Source: Methanoregula sp. (GTDB lineage: Archaea; Halobacteriota; Methanomicrobia; Methanomicrobiales; Methanospirillaceae). Taken from it: DNA of 64,000 nt. The stretch covers positions 1 to 64,000 of the forward strand of contig JBDKTL010000017.1 in the NCBI GenBank assembly GCA_039698055.1, read 5' to 3'. Shown piece by piece: positions 50,737 to 61,740 of this stretch (its first letter is position 1; each line of letters starts with the position of its first letter). The translations under genes and the position numbers were made by a program. The notes beneath the pieces were generated by a model, which was not told the origin of the DNA, made no database searches, and saw only the letters and a list, made by a program, of their open reading frames with translations.

Positions 50737-51531
50737 ATGAAGATCGCTGTCGCGGGAAAAGGGGGCGTTGGAAAAACCCTGATCGCGAGCGGACTGGCAT
50801 GGTCGTTTTCCCGTGCGGGATTAACAACCATCGCTATCGATGCCGATCCGTCCCCCAACCTTGCACTCTCGTTAGGGCTTTCTGCCAAAGAGACCAGCGC
50901 AATTGTTCCCATATCGGAAAATGAAGCGCTTATCAAAAAAAAGACCGGGACCAGTTTTCCCGGGGTCTACAACCTGAACTTTTCGGTCGATGATATCATA
51001 CGGGACTTCTCTGTTTCCACGCCATCGGGCGTCCACCTGCTCGTGATGGGAACCGTGAAATCCATGGGCTCGGGGTGCACCTGCCCGGCAAACAGCGTGA
51101 CCCGGGCACTGATCCGCCACCTTGTCGTCGATCAGAGCGATGTGGTCGTGCTGGATATGGAAGCCGGCATCGAACATCTGGGGCGGGGTACGGCAGAACA
51201 GGTAGACGTGATGATTGTCGCAAGCGATGCCAATAAAAAATCCCTTGCTATCGCCGCAACGATTGCCCGGATGGCGCAGGATGCCGGCATTCCCCGGGTG
51301 GAACTGGTCGCAAACCGGATCGAAAATCCCGGTGAGGAATCCCTTGTGCGGGCTTTTGCTTTGGAGCACCAGCTGGCGGTTCTTGGGATCGTTCCCTTCG
51401 ATCCTGCGGTTGTACGGGCGGGTATTGAGGGCAGCCCGGTCATGGCGCTCGAAGGAACACCGGCATTCTGCGCAATCGAAGCGATTGGCTGGAAGATTAT
51501 GGGCAGTAGTTCTAAAATAAAAATTGTGTAA
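50737..51531 (+). CDS. cooC: CooC/AcsF nickel-insertion ATPase
   Basis: GKGGVGKT, GCTCP, DMEAGIEH. Confidence 0.9.
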   Translation: MKIAVAGKGGVGKTLIASGLAWSFSRAGLTTIAIDADPSPNLALSLGLSAKETSAIVPISENEALIKKKTGTSFPGVYNLNFSVDDIIRDFSVSTPSGVHLLVMGTVKSMGSGCTCPANSVTRALIRHLVVDQSDVVVLDMEAGIEHLGRGTAEQVDVMIVASDANKKSLAIAATIARMAQDAGIPRVELVANRIENPGEESLVRAFALEHQLAVLGIVPFDPAVVRAGIEGSPVMALEGTPAFCAIEAIGWKIMGSSSKIKIV

Positions 51532-51555
51532 GAGCAGGGACAGGCAGGAATACCG

Positions 51556-52323
51556 ATGAAAACACTGGTCACGATGGGACGGGGGGGCACCGGCAAGACA
51601 AGTTTTGTCGCGATGATGACGAAATTTTTTACTTCGCAGGGGGATGCCCCTCTCCTGCTCGTTGATGTCGACCCGGACCAGAACCTTGCCGAGATGGTCG
51701 GCGTGGACCTGGAACGGGAGGGCGTCAATACCATTGCGGAACTGGTCACCGAGACGTTCATCAAAAAAGGTGGGACAACGATGGGGATACCGCCGTCAAA
51801 ACGGATCGAGTCCACCGTGCTTGAGCGGGGATTATACGAGGGCGACGCATTTGACCTGATTGCAGTTGGGACCAAGTGGATCGAGGGATGCTACTGCCTT
51901 CCGGATGCGGCGCTTAAAGGAGCCCTTGCCACGCTCACGAAAAATTACCGGTACGTGCTGATCGATTCCCCGGCCGGGCTCGAACACCTCAACCGTAAGA
52001 TCACGAATCGTGTCGATGATATCTTTGATATCATGGGCCCATCGCACAAATCCTTTGACCACGTCAAGCGGGCGCACCGGATAACCCGCGAGGTCGGCAT
52101 CGCGTACGACAATTTTTATGCGGTCGGCGGCTGCCTGTTTCCGGAAGAGCTGGAGCCGGTAGTGCAGGAAAAGACCGGGCAGCCGTATCTTGGAAAGATC
52201 AGTTTTGATCCTCAGGTGCAGGAAATGGTCATTGCCGGGCGATCCCTCCTTGACGGTCCGGATGATTCTCCTGCATACTGCTCGGTCAAAAACCTTCTTG
52301 TCCGGGCAGGATACCGGAAATGA
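51556..52323 (+). CDS. second CooC-family ATPase
   Basis: GRGGTGKT, GCYC, DSPAGLEH. Confidence 0.85.
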   Translation: MKTLVTMGRGGTGKTSFVAMMTKFFTSQGDAPLLLVDVDPDQNLAEMVGVDLEREGVNTIAELVTETFIKKGGTTMGIPPSKRIESTVLERGLYEGDAFDLIAVGTKWIEGCYCLPDAALKGALATLTKNYRYVLIDSPAGLEHLNRKITNRVDDIFDIMGPSHKSFDHVKRAHRITREVGIAYDNFYAVGGCLFPEELEPVVQEKTGQPYLGKISFDPQVQEMVIAGRSLLDGPDDSPAYCSVKNLLVRAGYRK

Positions 52324-52417
52324 CCGGCCACTGCCGGGATAAACCGTGGGATTTAACAGGCATAAGGTAATGTTATAAAAGGATTTTGTACTACTAAGAA
52401 CAGCATACTACATCAGG

Positions 52418-54787
52418 GTGCTTTTGAGTGTGGGTAACGTGACGGATAAGGGCATCAATCTCAGGATCAAAGAATTGCAGTCCGATATCGGATTTATCAA
52501 GGATCTGGAGATTTCAATCGGCAACATTTCCCGGGAAGACTGGGACGAGCCGCAGGGGCCGACGCCGTTTCCCACGATCACCTCCCTCCGGGAATGGGAT
52601 AAACGCCTTCTCGCGCGATACCAGCCGTTTTATCTTCCTTTCTGCGATCTCTGCTGCCTGTGCACCTACGGGAAATGCGATCTTACCGGGACAAAAAAAG
52701 GCGCATGCGGGATCCAGATGCCGGCACAGCAGTCCCGCATCGTGTTGCTGGCGGCATGTATCGGTGCCGCGACTCATATCAGCCATGCCCGCGAACTGGT
52801 CACGCACACGATTAAAGAGAAGGGTCGGGAGTTCCCCTTAAATCCCGGCGGTCTTGCCATTGAAGTGGAAGCCCCGGTCATCCGTCTCGTGTGCGGATTA
52901 AAACCGGAAAAACTGGGCGATCTTGAACCCGTGCTCGAATATCTTGAGAGCCAGATCACCGTGCTGCTCTCTGCTGCCCATACCGGGCAGGAAGGCAATC
53001 ACCTTGATTTTGAATCAAAAGTCCTGCATGCCGGGATGATGGACCAGGTCGGCATGGAAGTTGCCGATCTCGCCCAGATCTCCGCGTTTGATTATCCCAA
53101 AGCCGATCCTGACGCCCACCTTGTCGACCTTGGCATGGGCACCGTCGACACGACAAAACCGGTCATTCTGGTGATCGGGCACAACGTGCCGCCGGCGATT
53201 AGCATCGTCGATTACCTGAACAGCAACCAGCTGAGCGAAAAGGTGGAAGTAACCGGTATCTGCTGCACCTCAATTGACATAACCCGGTACACGGCAAAAG
53301 CAAAAATCATCGGGCCGATGTCATGGCAGCTCCGCTATATCCGGAGCGGGATTCCGGATGTGATTGTTGTTGACGAGCAGTGCATCCGCACCGATGTGCT
53401 TGACGAGTCCGAACTCATTCACGCGCCGTTTATCGCCACTTCAGAGAAGAACTGCCTCGGCCTGCCGGACCGCACTTACGATTCCATCGACACGATTGTC
53501 CGGGATCTGGTATCCGGGAAAACAAGGGGAGTGCTCCTGCTGAACCCCGATATGGTCGGTGAAGTGGCAGTCAGGGTTGCTCGGGAGATAGCACCGCTCC
53601 GGAAGAAACAAGGCCGGCTGCTCACACCGGAACAAATCATTGAGCGGGCAAAGGAATGCACCCAGTGCAAGCTCTGCCGCCGTGCCTGCCCCAACGATAT
53701 CCATATCCCGGACTGCATGAAAGCCGCCGGCAAAGGGAGCCTTGCGATGCTTGCCGGCATTTATGATGACTGCGTCAGCTGTGCCCGGTGCGAAGAAGCC
53801 TGCCCGCAGGATATCCCGATCCATACGATGATTGTATCCTCTGCGTCAAAAGCCACCAAAGATGAGACGTTCAGGATGCGGGCCGGGCGGGGCGCAATCC
53901 AGGATGTGGAGATCCGCAAAGTCGGCGGACCGCTCGTGCTGGGCGAGATCCCGGGTGTCGTCGCGTTTGTCGGCTGCGCAAATTATCCCAAAGGTGGAAA
54001 AGAAGTTGCTGAAATGGCCGTGGAGTTTGCCAAGCGCCGGTATATTGTCTGCACGTCGGGCTGCGCCGCGATGTCGGTTGGCATGTACAAGGACGAGGAG
54101 GGAAAAACGCCGTACGAGCAGTTCCCGGGGAGTTTTGACGCCGGCGGGATTGTCAATGTCGGCTCATGTGTTTCCAACGCACATATCGCCGGGGCGGCAA
54201 TCAAGATTGCCAGTGTTTTTGCCAAGCGCAACCTGAGAGGCAATTACGAAGAGATTGCCGATTATGTGTACAACCGCGTTGGGGCAGTCGGGGTTGCATG
54301 GGGTGCGATGTCGCAGAAGGCGGCAGCGATTGCGAGTGGGTTCTGGCGATTAGGGATTCCCGTTGTTGTCGGACCGCATGGCACCAAATACAGGCGGATG
54401 CTGCTTGGGCGGGCTGACCATGATGAGGACTGGTATGTGCATGACCGGCGTACCGGGGAACAGGTCTATGTCGGCCCGGTGCCGGAACATTTGTTCTTTG
54501 CGGCGGAAACAAAGGAGGAAGCGATGGTGATGGTGGCAAAACTCTGCATGCGGCCAAATGATACGAGCAAAGGCAGGGCAATCAAACTCACTCATTATAT
54601 TGATCTCCACAAACGACAGTTTGGTACAATCCCCGACGATATCCCGCTCTACGTGCGCACGCTTACTGACGTTCCCATCACCATGAAAGAGGAGATTGTG
54701 AAAATCCTTGATTCCTGGGGCTGGAAAGAAAATACGATTCCCGATCCGACACTCCTTGCGCAACAGGTCAGAAAAAAGGAGCGGTGA
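52418..54787 (+). CDS. cdhA: CODH/ACS complex subunit alpha
   Basis: CDLCCLCTYGKC, GHN, GICC, two CxxCxxCxxxCP motifs, GSCVSN; start uncertain. Confidence 0.95.
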   Translation: MLLSVGNVTDKGINLRIKELQSDIGFIKDLEISIGNISREDWDEPQGPTPFPTITSLREWDKRLLARYQPFYLPFCDLCCLCTYGKCDLTGTKKGACGIQMPAQQSRIVLLAACIGAATHISHARELVTHTIKEKGREFPLNPGGLAIEVEAPVIRLVCGLKPEKLGDLEPVLEYLESQITVLLSAAHTGQEGNHLDFESKVLHAGMMDQVGMEVADLAQISAFDYPKADPDAHLVDLGMGTVDTTKPVILVIGHNVPPAISIVDYLNSNQLSEKVEVTGICCTSIDITRYTAKAKIIGPMSWQLRYIRSGIPDVIVVDEQCIRTDVLDESELIHAPFIATSEKNCLGLPDRTYDSIDTIVRDLVSGKTRGVLLLNPDMVGEVAVRVAREIAPLRKKQGRLLTPEQIIERAKECTQCKLCRRACPNDIHIPDCMKAAGKGSLAMLAGIYDDCVSCARCEEACPQDIPIHTMIVSSASKATKDETFRMRAGRGAIQDVEIRKVGGPLVLGEIPGVVAFVGCANYPKGGKEVAEMAVEFAKRRYIVCTSGCAAMSVGMYKDEEGKTPYEQFPGSFDAGGIVNVGSCVSNAHIAGAAIKIASVFAKRNLRGNYEEIADYVYNRVGAVGVAWGAMSQKAAAIASGFWRLGIPVVVGPHGTKYRRMLLGRADHDEDWYVHDRRTGEQVYVGPVPEHLFFAAETKEEAMVMVAKLCMRPNDTSKGRAIKLTHYIDLHKRQFGTIPDDIPLYVRTLTDVPITMKEEIVKILDSWGWKENTIPDPTLLAQQVRKKER

Positions 54788-54793
54788 TCCAAA

Positions 54794-55333
54794 ATGCCAC
54801 TCACTGAACCATGGCAGACTGCAGAAGTATGCGGGCCAAAAAAAGCATCGGTCATCAGCAAACCCGAAGTCGCCGATGCGATGATCAAACGGGCAAAAAA
54901 CCCGGTGCTGATCATCGGACATCTCGCTGCAGAGATTGACCTTGACGATAAGAAAATGATCGATTGCCTGCTGGAACTCGCGCGATCAGGCAATATCCCT
55001 ATCATTGCCACCGGCCATACAAACCGCGATCTCCTGAAAAGGGGGTATAAAAAGGCCACAATTATGCCGGCAGTTGCCATCGGGCAGCGGCTGACTGATC
55101 CCACGTGGAAAGGAATCGATGGAAAAGAGCCCTATGACCTTGCCATCTTTGCCGGGCTCCCGTATTACATGGAGTGGACGATCTTATCCGGGCTCAAGCA
55201 TTTCGCACCCCCTGTAAAGACCATGACCCTTGACAATGTCTACCAGCCCAACGCAAGCTGGTCATTTGGCAATATTTCAGTCAAGGAATGGCTTGAGAAC
55301 CTGCGGGCCATCATCGGGCATGTGGAGGACTAA
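54794..55333 (+). CDS. cdhB: CODH/ACS complex subunit epsilon
   Basis: EPWQTA, IKRAKNP, LSGLKHF, YQPNASWS. Confidence 0.92.
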   Translation: MPLTEPWQTAEVCGPKKASVISKPEVADAMIKRAKNPVLIIGHLAAEIDLDDKKMIDCLLELARSGNIPIIATGHTNRDLLKRGYKKATIMPAVAIGQRLTDPTWKGIDGKEPYDLAIFAGLPYYMEWTILSGLKHFAPPVKTMTLDNVYQPNASWSFGNISVKEWLENLRAIIGHVED

Positions 55334-55343
55334 AAGATCTGCC

Positions 55344-56729
55344 ATGTTTGAAAATATTCCCTGTGAAGTCGGGCTTGTGCATGTGGGGGAGCGCATCCGG
55401 AAAAATGACATGTATGTCGAGCTTGGCGGCCCGGAGATCAAAGAAAAATTTGAGCTGGTCAAAGTACGTCCGCCTGAACAGGTTCACGACGGGGAAATCA
55501 TTATTGTCGGCCCGGATCTTGCGGACATGGACCCCGGTAAAAAATACCCTCTTGGTATCCTTATAGAAATTGCGGGAAAAGATCTTGAAGAGGATATTGA
55601 AGGGGTAATTGAACGCCGGATCCATGAGTATACCAATTATATCGAAGGGTTCATGCACCTCAACCAGCGCTACGACATCTGGGTGAGAATCTCAAAAAAA
55701 GCATACAACCGGGGATTTACGACTCTGAAATATGTCGGCATGGTGCTCGAGCACCTCCTGAAAAATGAGCTGCCGATCATCGAGCGGATGCAGATCACCT
55801 TCTATACCGATGCAGAGAAAATTTCGCCGGTCTACGCAGAGGCAAAACAATCGTATGAAACCCGGGACGCCCGGGCACGCGGTCTGACGGATGATGACGT
55901 GGATGTATTCTACGGGTGCGCCCTGTGCCAGTCGTTTGCCCCCAGTCATGTCTGCGTGGTTACACCTCAGCGGTATGCAAACTGCGGGGCGATCAGCTGG
56001 TTTGACGGGCGGGCAGCTGCACGGATTGATCCAAAAGGTCCCATCTTCCCGATTGAAAAAGGGGAATGCCTTGACCCGGTGAAAGGCGAATTTGTCGGCA
56101 TCAACGAGAGCGCCAAAAAACGTTCGCTTGGCGAAGTGAGCCGGGTATATCTTTACAGTGCGTTTACCTATCCCCATACGTCCTGCGGGTGTTTTGAAGG
56201 CATCGCGTTCTATATCCCTGAGGTGGAAGGTTTTGGCATTGTAATGCGGGGGTACCGGGAGAGTACGGTTAACGGACTGGCATTCTCGACGATGGCGGAT
56301 TCCACTGCCGGGGGAAGGCAGGTTGACGGGTTTCATGGCATTTCGCTCGAATACATGCGGTCGCCAAAATTTTTGTCAGCCGATGGGGGGTATGCCCGGA
56401 TCGCGTGGATGCCATCCGACTTAAAAGAACAGGTAAAATCGTTCATCCCCCCGTCACTTGTCGATAAAATTGCGACGGAAAAAGAGGTGAAAACGGTCAG
56501 CGAGCTGCGTGATTTCCTGGCTAAAAATGCCCATCCGGTCATTGAACGGTGGAAAACGGAGGACGACACGACTGCCGGGGACCATGCCGGTGCAGTGCAG
56601 GTGTTTGCCGGTGGGGATTTCCCGCTGACAGCGGGGGGATTCAAGATCATATTCAAAAACGCACGGATTTATGCGGACAAGGTCATCATCCAGCCGGTCC
56701 AGCCAAAAAAACCGGGGGCGGGCGAGTAA
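55344..56729 (+). CDS. cdhC: CODH/ACS complex subunit beta (acetyl-CoA synthase)
   Basis: GERIR, YGCALCQSFAP, CGAISW, PHTSCGCFE. Confidence 0.95.
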   Translation: MFENIPCEVGLVHVGERIRKNDMYVELGGPEIKEKFELVKVRPPEQVHDGEIIIVGPDLADMDPGKKYPLGILIEIAGKDLEEDIEGVIERRIHEYTNYIEGFMHLNQRYDIWVRISKKAYNRGFTTLKYVGMVLEHLLKNELPIIERMQITFYTDAEKISPVYAEAKQSYETRDARARGLTDDDVDVFYGCALCQSFAPSHVCVVTPQRYANCGAISWFDGRAAARIDPKGPIFPIEKGECLDPVKGEFVGINESAKKRSLGEVSRVYLYSAFTYPHTSCGCFEGIAFYIPEVEGFGIVMRGYRESTVNGLAFSTMADSTAGGRQVDGFHGISLEYMRSPKFLSADGGYARIAWMPSDLKEQVKSFIPPSLVDKIATEKEVKTVSELRDFLAKNAHPVIERWKTEDDTTAGDHAGAVQVFAGGDFPLTAGGFKIIFKNARIYADKVIIQPVQPKKPGAGE

Positions 56730-56732
56730 TCC

Positions 56733-57959
56733 ATGGCAGACGAGAACAATAACCGGAAAGGTGCAGATGTCGCCCGGGAATCAATTCCCCGTCTTTTATC
56801 GCTGCTCTCCGGCGTTGAGAAAGTGGAACTTGAGCGGTTCACCATGGAGATTGGGGATCTCGAGCTCTGGATTCCCACCGGCTCGTCGCCGGTATCAGCC
56901 GTTTTGCCGGCGCTTGAAAAAATCAAACCCAGCTCGTTGATACCCGCACCGTTTTCCCTGCCGAAAGAAGAGTTCCCGGGCCGGATTCATGAAGTCCGGC
57001 TTGGAGCAACACGGGGCGAGGGGGGAAGCCGGGGAAGGTCACTGGTTATCGGGGGTGCGGATTCACCGCCATTTGTCTATGCGGACAAGCCACCCAAACA
57101 CCCGCCGGTGTTTGCGCTCGACGTGTTTGACATGGAAGTCGCACTCCCAAAAGTCCTGAAATCCAATGTAAAAGACGTGATGGGCGATCCGGCAGAATGG
57201 GCGCGGATGAATGTCAAAAAGTATGGTGCCGACATGGTCACCGTTCATCTCATGTCCACCGATCCTTTGATCAAGGATGCCTCCCCCCGGGATGCAGCAC
57301 GCACGGTTGAAGCCGTTTTACAGGCAGTTGATGTCCCGCTCATCATCGGGGGATGCGGCGATCCGCACAAGGACGCGCTGGTGTTTAAGGAAGTTGCAGA
57401 GATCGCCGACGGTGAGCGGCTGTTGCTGAATTCCGTGACGCTGGATATGACCGAGGCAAAGACCCTTGAAACCGTAACCGTAGCCGCAAAGGAGCATGGC
57501 CATGCGGTGCTCGGGTTCACCGGCCTTGAACTGAACAAGGCAAAGGAGCTGAACCGGCGACTGTACGAATACCTGCCGCCGGAAGATATCGTCATGGATC
57601 TCACGACGGTTGCACTCGGCTATGGGCTTGAATATTCGTTTACCATCCATGAACGTGCCCGGTATGCGGCGCTCATGGGTGACCAGGAACTCCAGCACCC
57701 GACGATATCGGCGTCCACCAATGCATGGGCGGCACGTGAAGCATGGATGCAGATGGACGAAAAGTACGGCCCACGGGAGCTCCGGGGACCCCTCTGGGAG
57801 ACGATCAACGCACTTACGCTGCTGCTTGCCGGGGTGGATATTTTTATGATGATGCACCCTGCCGCCATCAGAACCTGCAAAGATACCGTTACGATGCTGA
57901 CTCAAAGCGAGACTACGGTGCCAGACCAGCTGCTGCACTGGGCAACGATGAAGATCTAA
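56733..57959 (+). CDS. cdhD: CODH/ACS complex subunit delta
   Basis: HLMSTDP, ALGYGLEY, NAWAAREAW, MMMHP. Confidence 0.93.
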   Translation: MADENNNRKGADVARESIPRLLSLLSGVEKVELERFTMEIGDLELWIPTGSSPVSAVLPALEKIKPSSLIPAPFSLPKEEFPGRIHEVRLGATRGEGGSRGRSLVIGGADSPPFVYADKPPKHPPVFALDVFDMEVALPKVLKSNVKDVMGDPAEWARMNVKKYGADMVTVHLMSTDPLIKDASPRDAARTVEAVLQAVDVPLIIGGCGDPHKDALVFKEVAEIADGERLLLNSVTLDMTEAKTLETVTVAAKEHGHAVLGFTGLELNKAKELNRRLYEYLPPEDIVMDLTTVALGYGLEYSFTIHERARYAALMGDQELQHPTISASTNAWAAREAWMQMDEKYGPRELRGPLWETINALTLLLAGVDIFMMMHPAAIRTCKDTVTMLTQSETTVPDQLLHWATMKI

Positions 57960-57975
57960 ACCAGGAGGAGCACAC

Positions 57976-59409
57976 ATGTCAGAACGGGAACCAAAAAAGA
58001 ACATCAAGGAGATCAGCCCGATCGATGTCTACAAACTCCTCCCCAAGACAAACTGCCGTGAATGCGGCGAGGCAAACTGCATGGCGTTTGCTACCCGGGT
58101 GGTGAACGGCGAACTGGGCGTGGACAACTGCCCGCCGGTGGCAAAAGAGGAATACCGGGCCAGTTACGAGAAACTGCTCCGGCTCATGGCGCCACCGGTT
58201 AAAACCGTGACTGTCGGCACGGGCGATCGGGCGATGAAGATCGGGGGAAAATATGTTCTGTACCGCCACGAATTCACCTACCATAACCCGACCCCCATCG
58301 CACTGGATGTGTCTGATGACCTGTCCGATGCCGAAAGGGACGAGCGGGTGCAGGCTATCGGGAATTTCGCTTACAATTATATCGGACGGGAACTCCGGCT
58401 GGATGCGATTGCCATCCGGTCGACCCAGCATGATCCGGCAACCTTTGCTTCTGCGGTAAATGCGGTTGCCGCACGGACAGATCTTCCGCTCATTCTCTGC
58501 ACCTACGATGCAGCAATCATGGCAGCAGGACTTGCCCATATCAAGGACAGGCGCCCCCTGTTGTATGCCGCCACAAAAGACAACTGGAAGGACATGGCCG
58601 AGCTTGCCCTGCGGTATTGCTGTCCGCTCGTCGTGTCGGCTCCCTATGATATCTCCGGGCTGCGCTCGCTGACAAAAACATTAAACGAATACGGGCTCAC
58701 CGATCTCGTGCTCGACCCGGGGACGTCGGTCGAACCAGACCTTGCCGGAACAATCCACAATTTTTCCCAGATCCGCCGGGCGGTCTTCCAGCAGCACGAC
58801 GAACTGCTGGGATACCCGCTGCTTGGGACACCCATTACTGCGTGGCTTTCCCCGGAACTTTCCCGCGAACTGATCCAGTGGAAGGAAGCCTGCATCACTT
58901 CGATGCTGATCTCACGGTATGCCGATCTCCTGATCCTGCACAGCATGGAAGGGTGGGTGCTCCTGCCCCAGCTGATCTGGCGGTTTAACACCTACACCGA
59001 CCCAAGGAAACCGGTCTCGGTCGATACCGGTGTCCGGACGTTTGGAACGCCTAATAAAAATGCCCCGGTCCTTATCACCACCAACTATGCGCTCACCTAC
59101 TTCACGGTCGAAAGCGATATCAAATCGGCAAATATCGACTGTTTCCTGATAGTCGTGGATACCGGGGGAAACAGCGTGGAGAGTGCGGTTGCCGGGCGGT
59201 ACCTGACCGCCGATTCCATGGCGGCCGCATTAAAAGACAACCATGTTGCCGATCTTGTCGATCACCGCTGCCTCATCATCCCGGGGCTTGCCGCCCGTCT
59301 GAGTGGTGAGACCGAGGAAGCAAGTGGCTGGCGGGTGATGGTCGGCCCGAAGGATTCATCCGGCCTTGCCGGGTTCTTGAAAAATTACTGGCCGCCAAAA
59401 GAGCGATAA
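57976..59409 (+). CDS. cdhE: CODH/ACS complex subunit gamma (corrinoid Fe-S)
   Basis: LPKTNCRECGEANCMAFA..CP, YTDPRKP, TTNYALTY. Confidence 0.95.
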   Translation: MSEREPKKNIKEISPIDVYKLLPKTNCRECGEANCMAFATRVVNGELGVDNCPPVAKEEYRASYEKLLRLMAPPVKTVTVGTGDRAMKIGGKYVLYRHEFTYHNPTPIALDVSDDLSDAERDERVQAIGNFAYNYIGRELRLDAIAIRSTQHDPATFASAVNAVAARTDLPLILCTYDAAIMAAGLAHIKDRRPLLYAATKDNWKDMAELALRYCCPLVVSAPYDISGLRSLTKTLNEYGLTDLVLDPGTSVEPDLAGTIHNFSQIRRAVFQQHDELLGYPLLGTPITAWLSPELSRELIQWKEACITSMLISRYADLLILHSMEGWVLLPQLIWRFNTYTDPRKPVSVDTGVRTFGTPNKNAPVLITTNYALTYFTVESDIKSANIDCFLIVVDTGGNSVESAVAGRYLTADSMAAALKDNHVADLVDHRCLIIPGLAARLSGETEEASGWRVMVGPKDSSGLAGFLKNYWPPKER

Positions 59410-59492
59410 GCCACCAACCCGATAAAAATCCCTGTAAATGATGCCGGAAGACTAAACCCCTTCAACGCTGCGGGGTATACGAGATATTTTCT

Positions 59493-61337
59493 ATGCCAAA
59501 ACATTCCCTCCGGGTAATTTTCCAGCCCATGAACAAGGTGCTGACCGTACCGTCTGGCACCCCGCTTCTGGATGCACTCCGTACGGCAGGTGTTGCAATT
59601 GAAAGTGTCTGCGGCGGGAAAGGGCTGTGCCGCAAGTGCAGGGTTATTCTCACCAAAGGTACCTGTGCCTCCCTGCCCCAGATGGAAGCGTCGCACCTCA
59701 CCCCGGAGGAAGTGGCACAGGGATACTATTGCGCCTGCCAGGTCACACTTACTGCCGACGCAGAATTCACGATTCCGATTGAAAGCCGGATCGATTCACC
59801 GCGGATCCTGCTCGCTGCGGATATGAAGATCGAACCTATCTCTCCGTGTGTCCGCAGGTACCGTGTCGATATCCTGCCCACCGATGGATTACCGGGTGCG
59901 TCGTTCTCCATCCGGCTTGCAGGATATACCGGCGCACGACCACGAGTCCGGGATTCCCTGTACCGGACCTTTCATGTATCTGCTGAACCTCTCGTAGCGA
60001 CGCTCTCATCGGTTCAGACGCCTCCCGAGATTATTGCCGTTGAACCCGTGTCTGCTGCCCGCCCGGTGTACGGTGTTGCCATCGATCTTGGGACAACAAC
60101 GGTTGTCGGCTGCCTTGTGGATCTTGATACCGGTATGATCCGGGAAACCGGATCGACGCTCAACCGCCAGATTACGTACGGAGAAGAACTGATCACCCGC
60201 ATCGGCTATGCGGATTCCCCCGGCACACTGGCAACACTCCGCCAGGCAGCCATTGACAGTATCGATTCCGTTATTTCCGATATTATCACCCGCGCTGGCA
60301 TCCAGAAAACCGATATTGTGGATATGTGCATTGCCGGGAACACCGTGATGCATCACCTGTTCTGGGGTATTGACCCGCATTACCTTGAGATGGCAAACGC
60401 CGATATCTCCCGAATCCCTTCAAATAAAAGCGCACAGGTTGCGGGTTTTCCCCTCCACCCGGATGCACGGGTGTACAGCCTCCCCAGTGTCAGCCGGTTT
60501 GTCGGTGGTGATGCGATTGGTGATATATTAGCCTCCGGCATGCACGCATCGCCGGAACTTTCTCTCCTTGTCGATCTTGGCACAAACGGCGAAATTATCC
60601 TTGGGAACCGGGACTGGATGGCGTCAGTTTCCTGTGCATCCGGGCCGGCGTTTGAAGGGGCGGGAATTACCTGCGGCATGCGGGCGAGCAGAGGTGCGAT
60701 TGAACATGTCCGCATCGATCCATCAACATCAGAAGTGACACTTGCCATCATCGGGAGCGACCTGCCCCGGGGGATCTGCGGGTCCGGTATAATCGATGCC
60801 GGGGCGGGAATGGTTGCGGCGGGCATTCTTGATTTTGCCGGGAAACTGAACAGGGATCACCCCCATGTCCGTTTGGGGACAGAAGGCAGGGAATACCTGC
60901 TTGTCCCGGCAGACAGGACCGCAACCGGTCACGATCTGGTCATTACCCAGAGGGATATCGATTATCTTATGGACTCAAAAGCCGCTGCCTGCGGTGCTAT
61001 CGGTGTCCTGTTAAAGAAATACAAACTCACGATTGCCGACATCCGTCATGTATACCTTGCCGGCGCATTCGGGGCATACACGGATATGGGAAATGCGGTC
61101 CGGTTCGGCATTATACCGGCGTTTCCCCACGCGGAATTCCATCCGATTGGTAACGGGTCACTCTCCGGCGCATATGCCACCCTTGTATCCTGCAATTATC
61201 GTACGGTTGCAGAAACCGTGGCACAGAAGATGGTCTATATCGATCTGCTGGTGGATACGGATTTTATCGAAGAGTATTCAGCGGCGCTGTATATCCCCGG
61301 AAAAAAGGAATTGTTCCCGGAGCCGGGGAAAATTTAG
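59493..61337 (+). CDS. ASKHA-domain reductive activator of corrinoid (RACo-like)
   Basis: N-terminal 2Fe-2S CGGKGLCRKC, IDLGTTT, DLGTNGE, GPAFEG, LAGAFG. Confidence 0.9.
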   Translation: MPKHSLRVIFQPMNKVLTVPSGTPLLDALRTAGVAIESVCGGKGLCRKCRVILTKGTCASLPQMEASHLTPEEVAQGYYCACQVTLTADAEFTIPIESRIDSPRILLAADMKIEPISPCVRRYRVDILPTDGLPGASFSIRLAGYTGARPRVRDSLYRTFHVSAEPLVATLSSVQTPPEIIAVEPVSAARPVYGVAIDLGTTTVVGCLVDLDTGMIRETGSTLNRQITYGEELITRIGYADSPGTLATLRQAAIDSIDSVISDIITRAGIQKTDIVDMCIAGNTVMHHLFWGIDPHYLEMANADISRIPSNKSAQVAGFPLHPDARVYSLPSVSRFVGGDAIGDILASGMHASPELSLLVDLGTNGEIILGNRDWMASVSCASGPAFEGAGITCGMRASRGAIEHVRIDPSTSEVTLAIIGSDLPRGICGSGIIDAGAGMVAAGILDFAGKLNRDHPHVRLGTEGREYLLVPADRTATGHDLVITQRDIDYLMDSKAAACGAIGVLLKKYKLTIADIRHVYLAGAFGAYTDMGNAVRFGIIPAFPHAEFHPIGNGSLSGAYATLVSCNYRTVAETVAQKMVYIDLLVDTDFIEEYSAALYIPGKKELFPEPGKI

Positions 61338-61459
61338 ATTTTTTAGATCCGGCCCTGAAGGAAACTCATGAGTTCTTCGTGAACAACGGTTGATTGTTTA
61401 CTGTTTTTTTCCCTGAACAATCGTGCATCTTCCACCCGTCCGGCAATTACATGTTTTAC

Positions 61460-61738
61460 CTATAACCTGTACCCCGGGATCGCATCGAAGAGGTTCCGGT
61501 ACAGCTCGGTGAAAAGTGCAATATATTCCCGGGCACGATCCGTAGCGACATACAAGAATTTTTCCCCGTCTTTTATCTGGGATAAATACCCTTTGGCGCA
61601 GAGAAACCCGATATAGTCCTGCCCGGTTTTTGAATTCAGATCGCACCGGTTGATGATGGACGTGAACGTTCGGGGTGGGTCTTTGCAAAAAACGAGTATC
61701 TCCCAGTATATCTCGTACTGGGTTCGTCGTTCCGCCAT
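61460..61738 (-). CDS. winged-helix transcription regulator
   Basis: RRTQYEIYWEIL..TSIINRCDLN..Y..TDRARE. Confidence 0.85.
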   Translation of the reverse strand: MAERRTQYEIYWEILVFCKDPPRTFTSIINRCDLNSKTGQDYIGFLCAKGYLSQIKDGEKFLYVATDRAREYIALFTELYRNLFDAIPGYRL

Positions 61739-61740
61739 GG

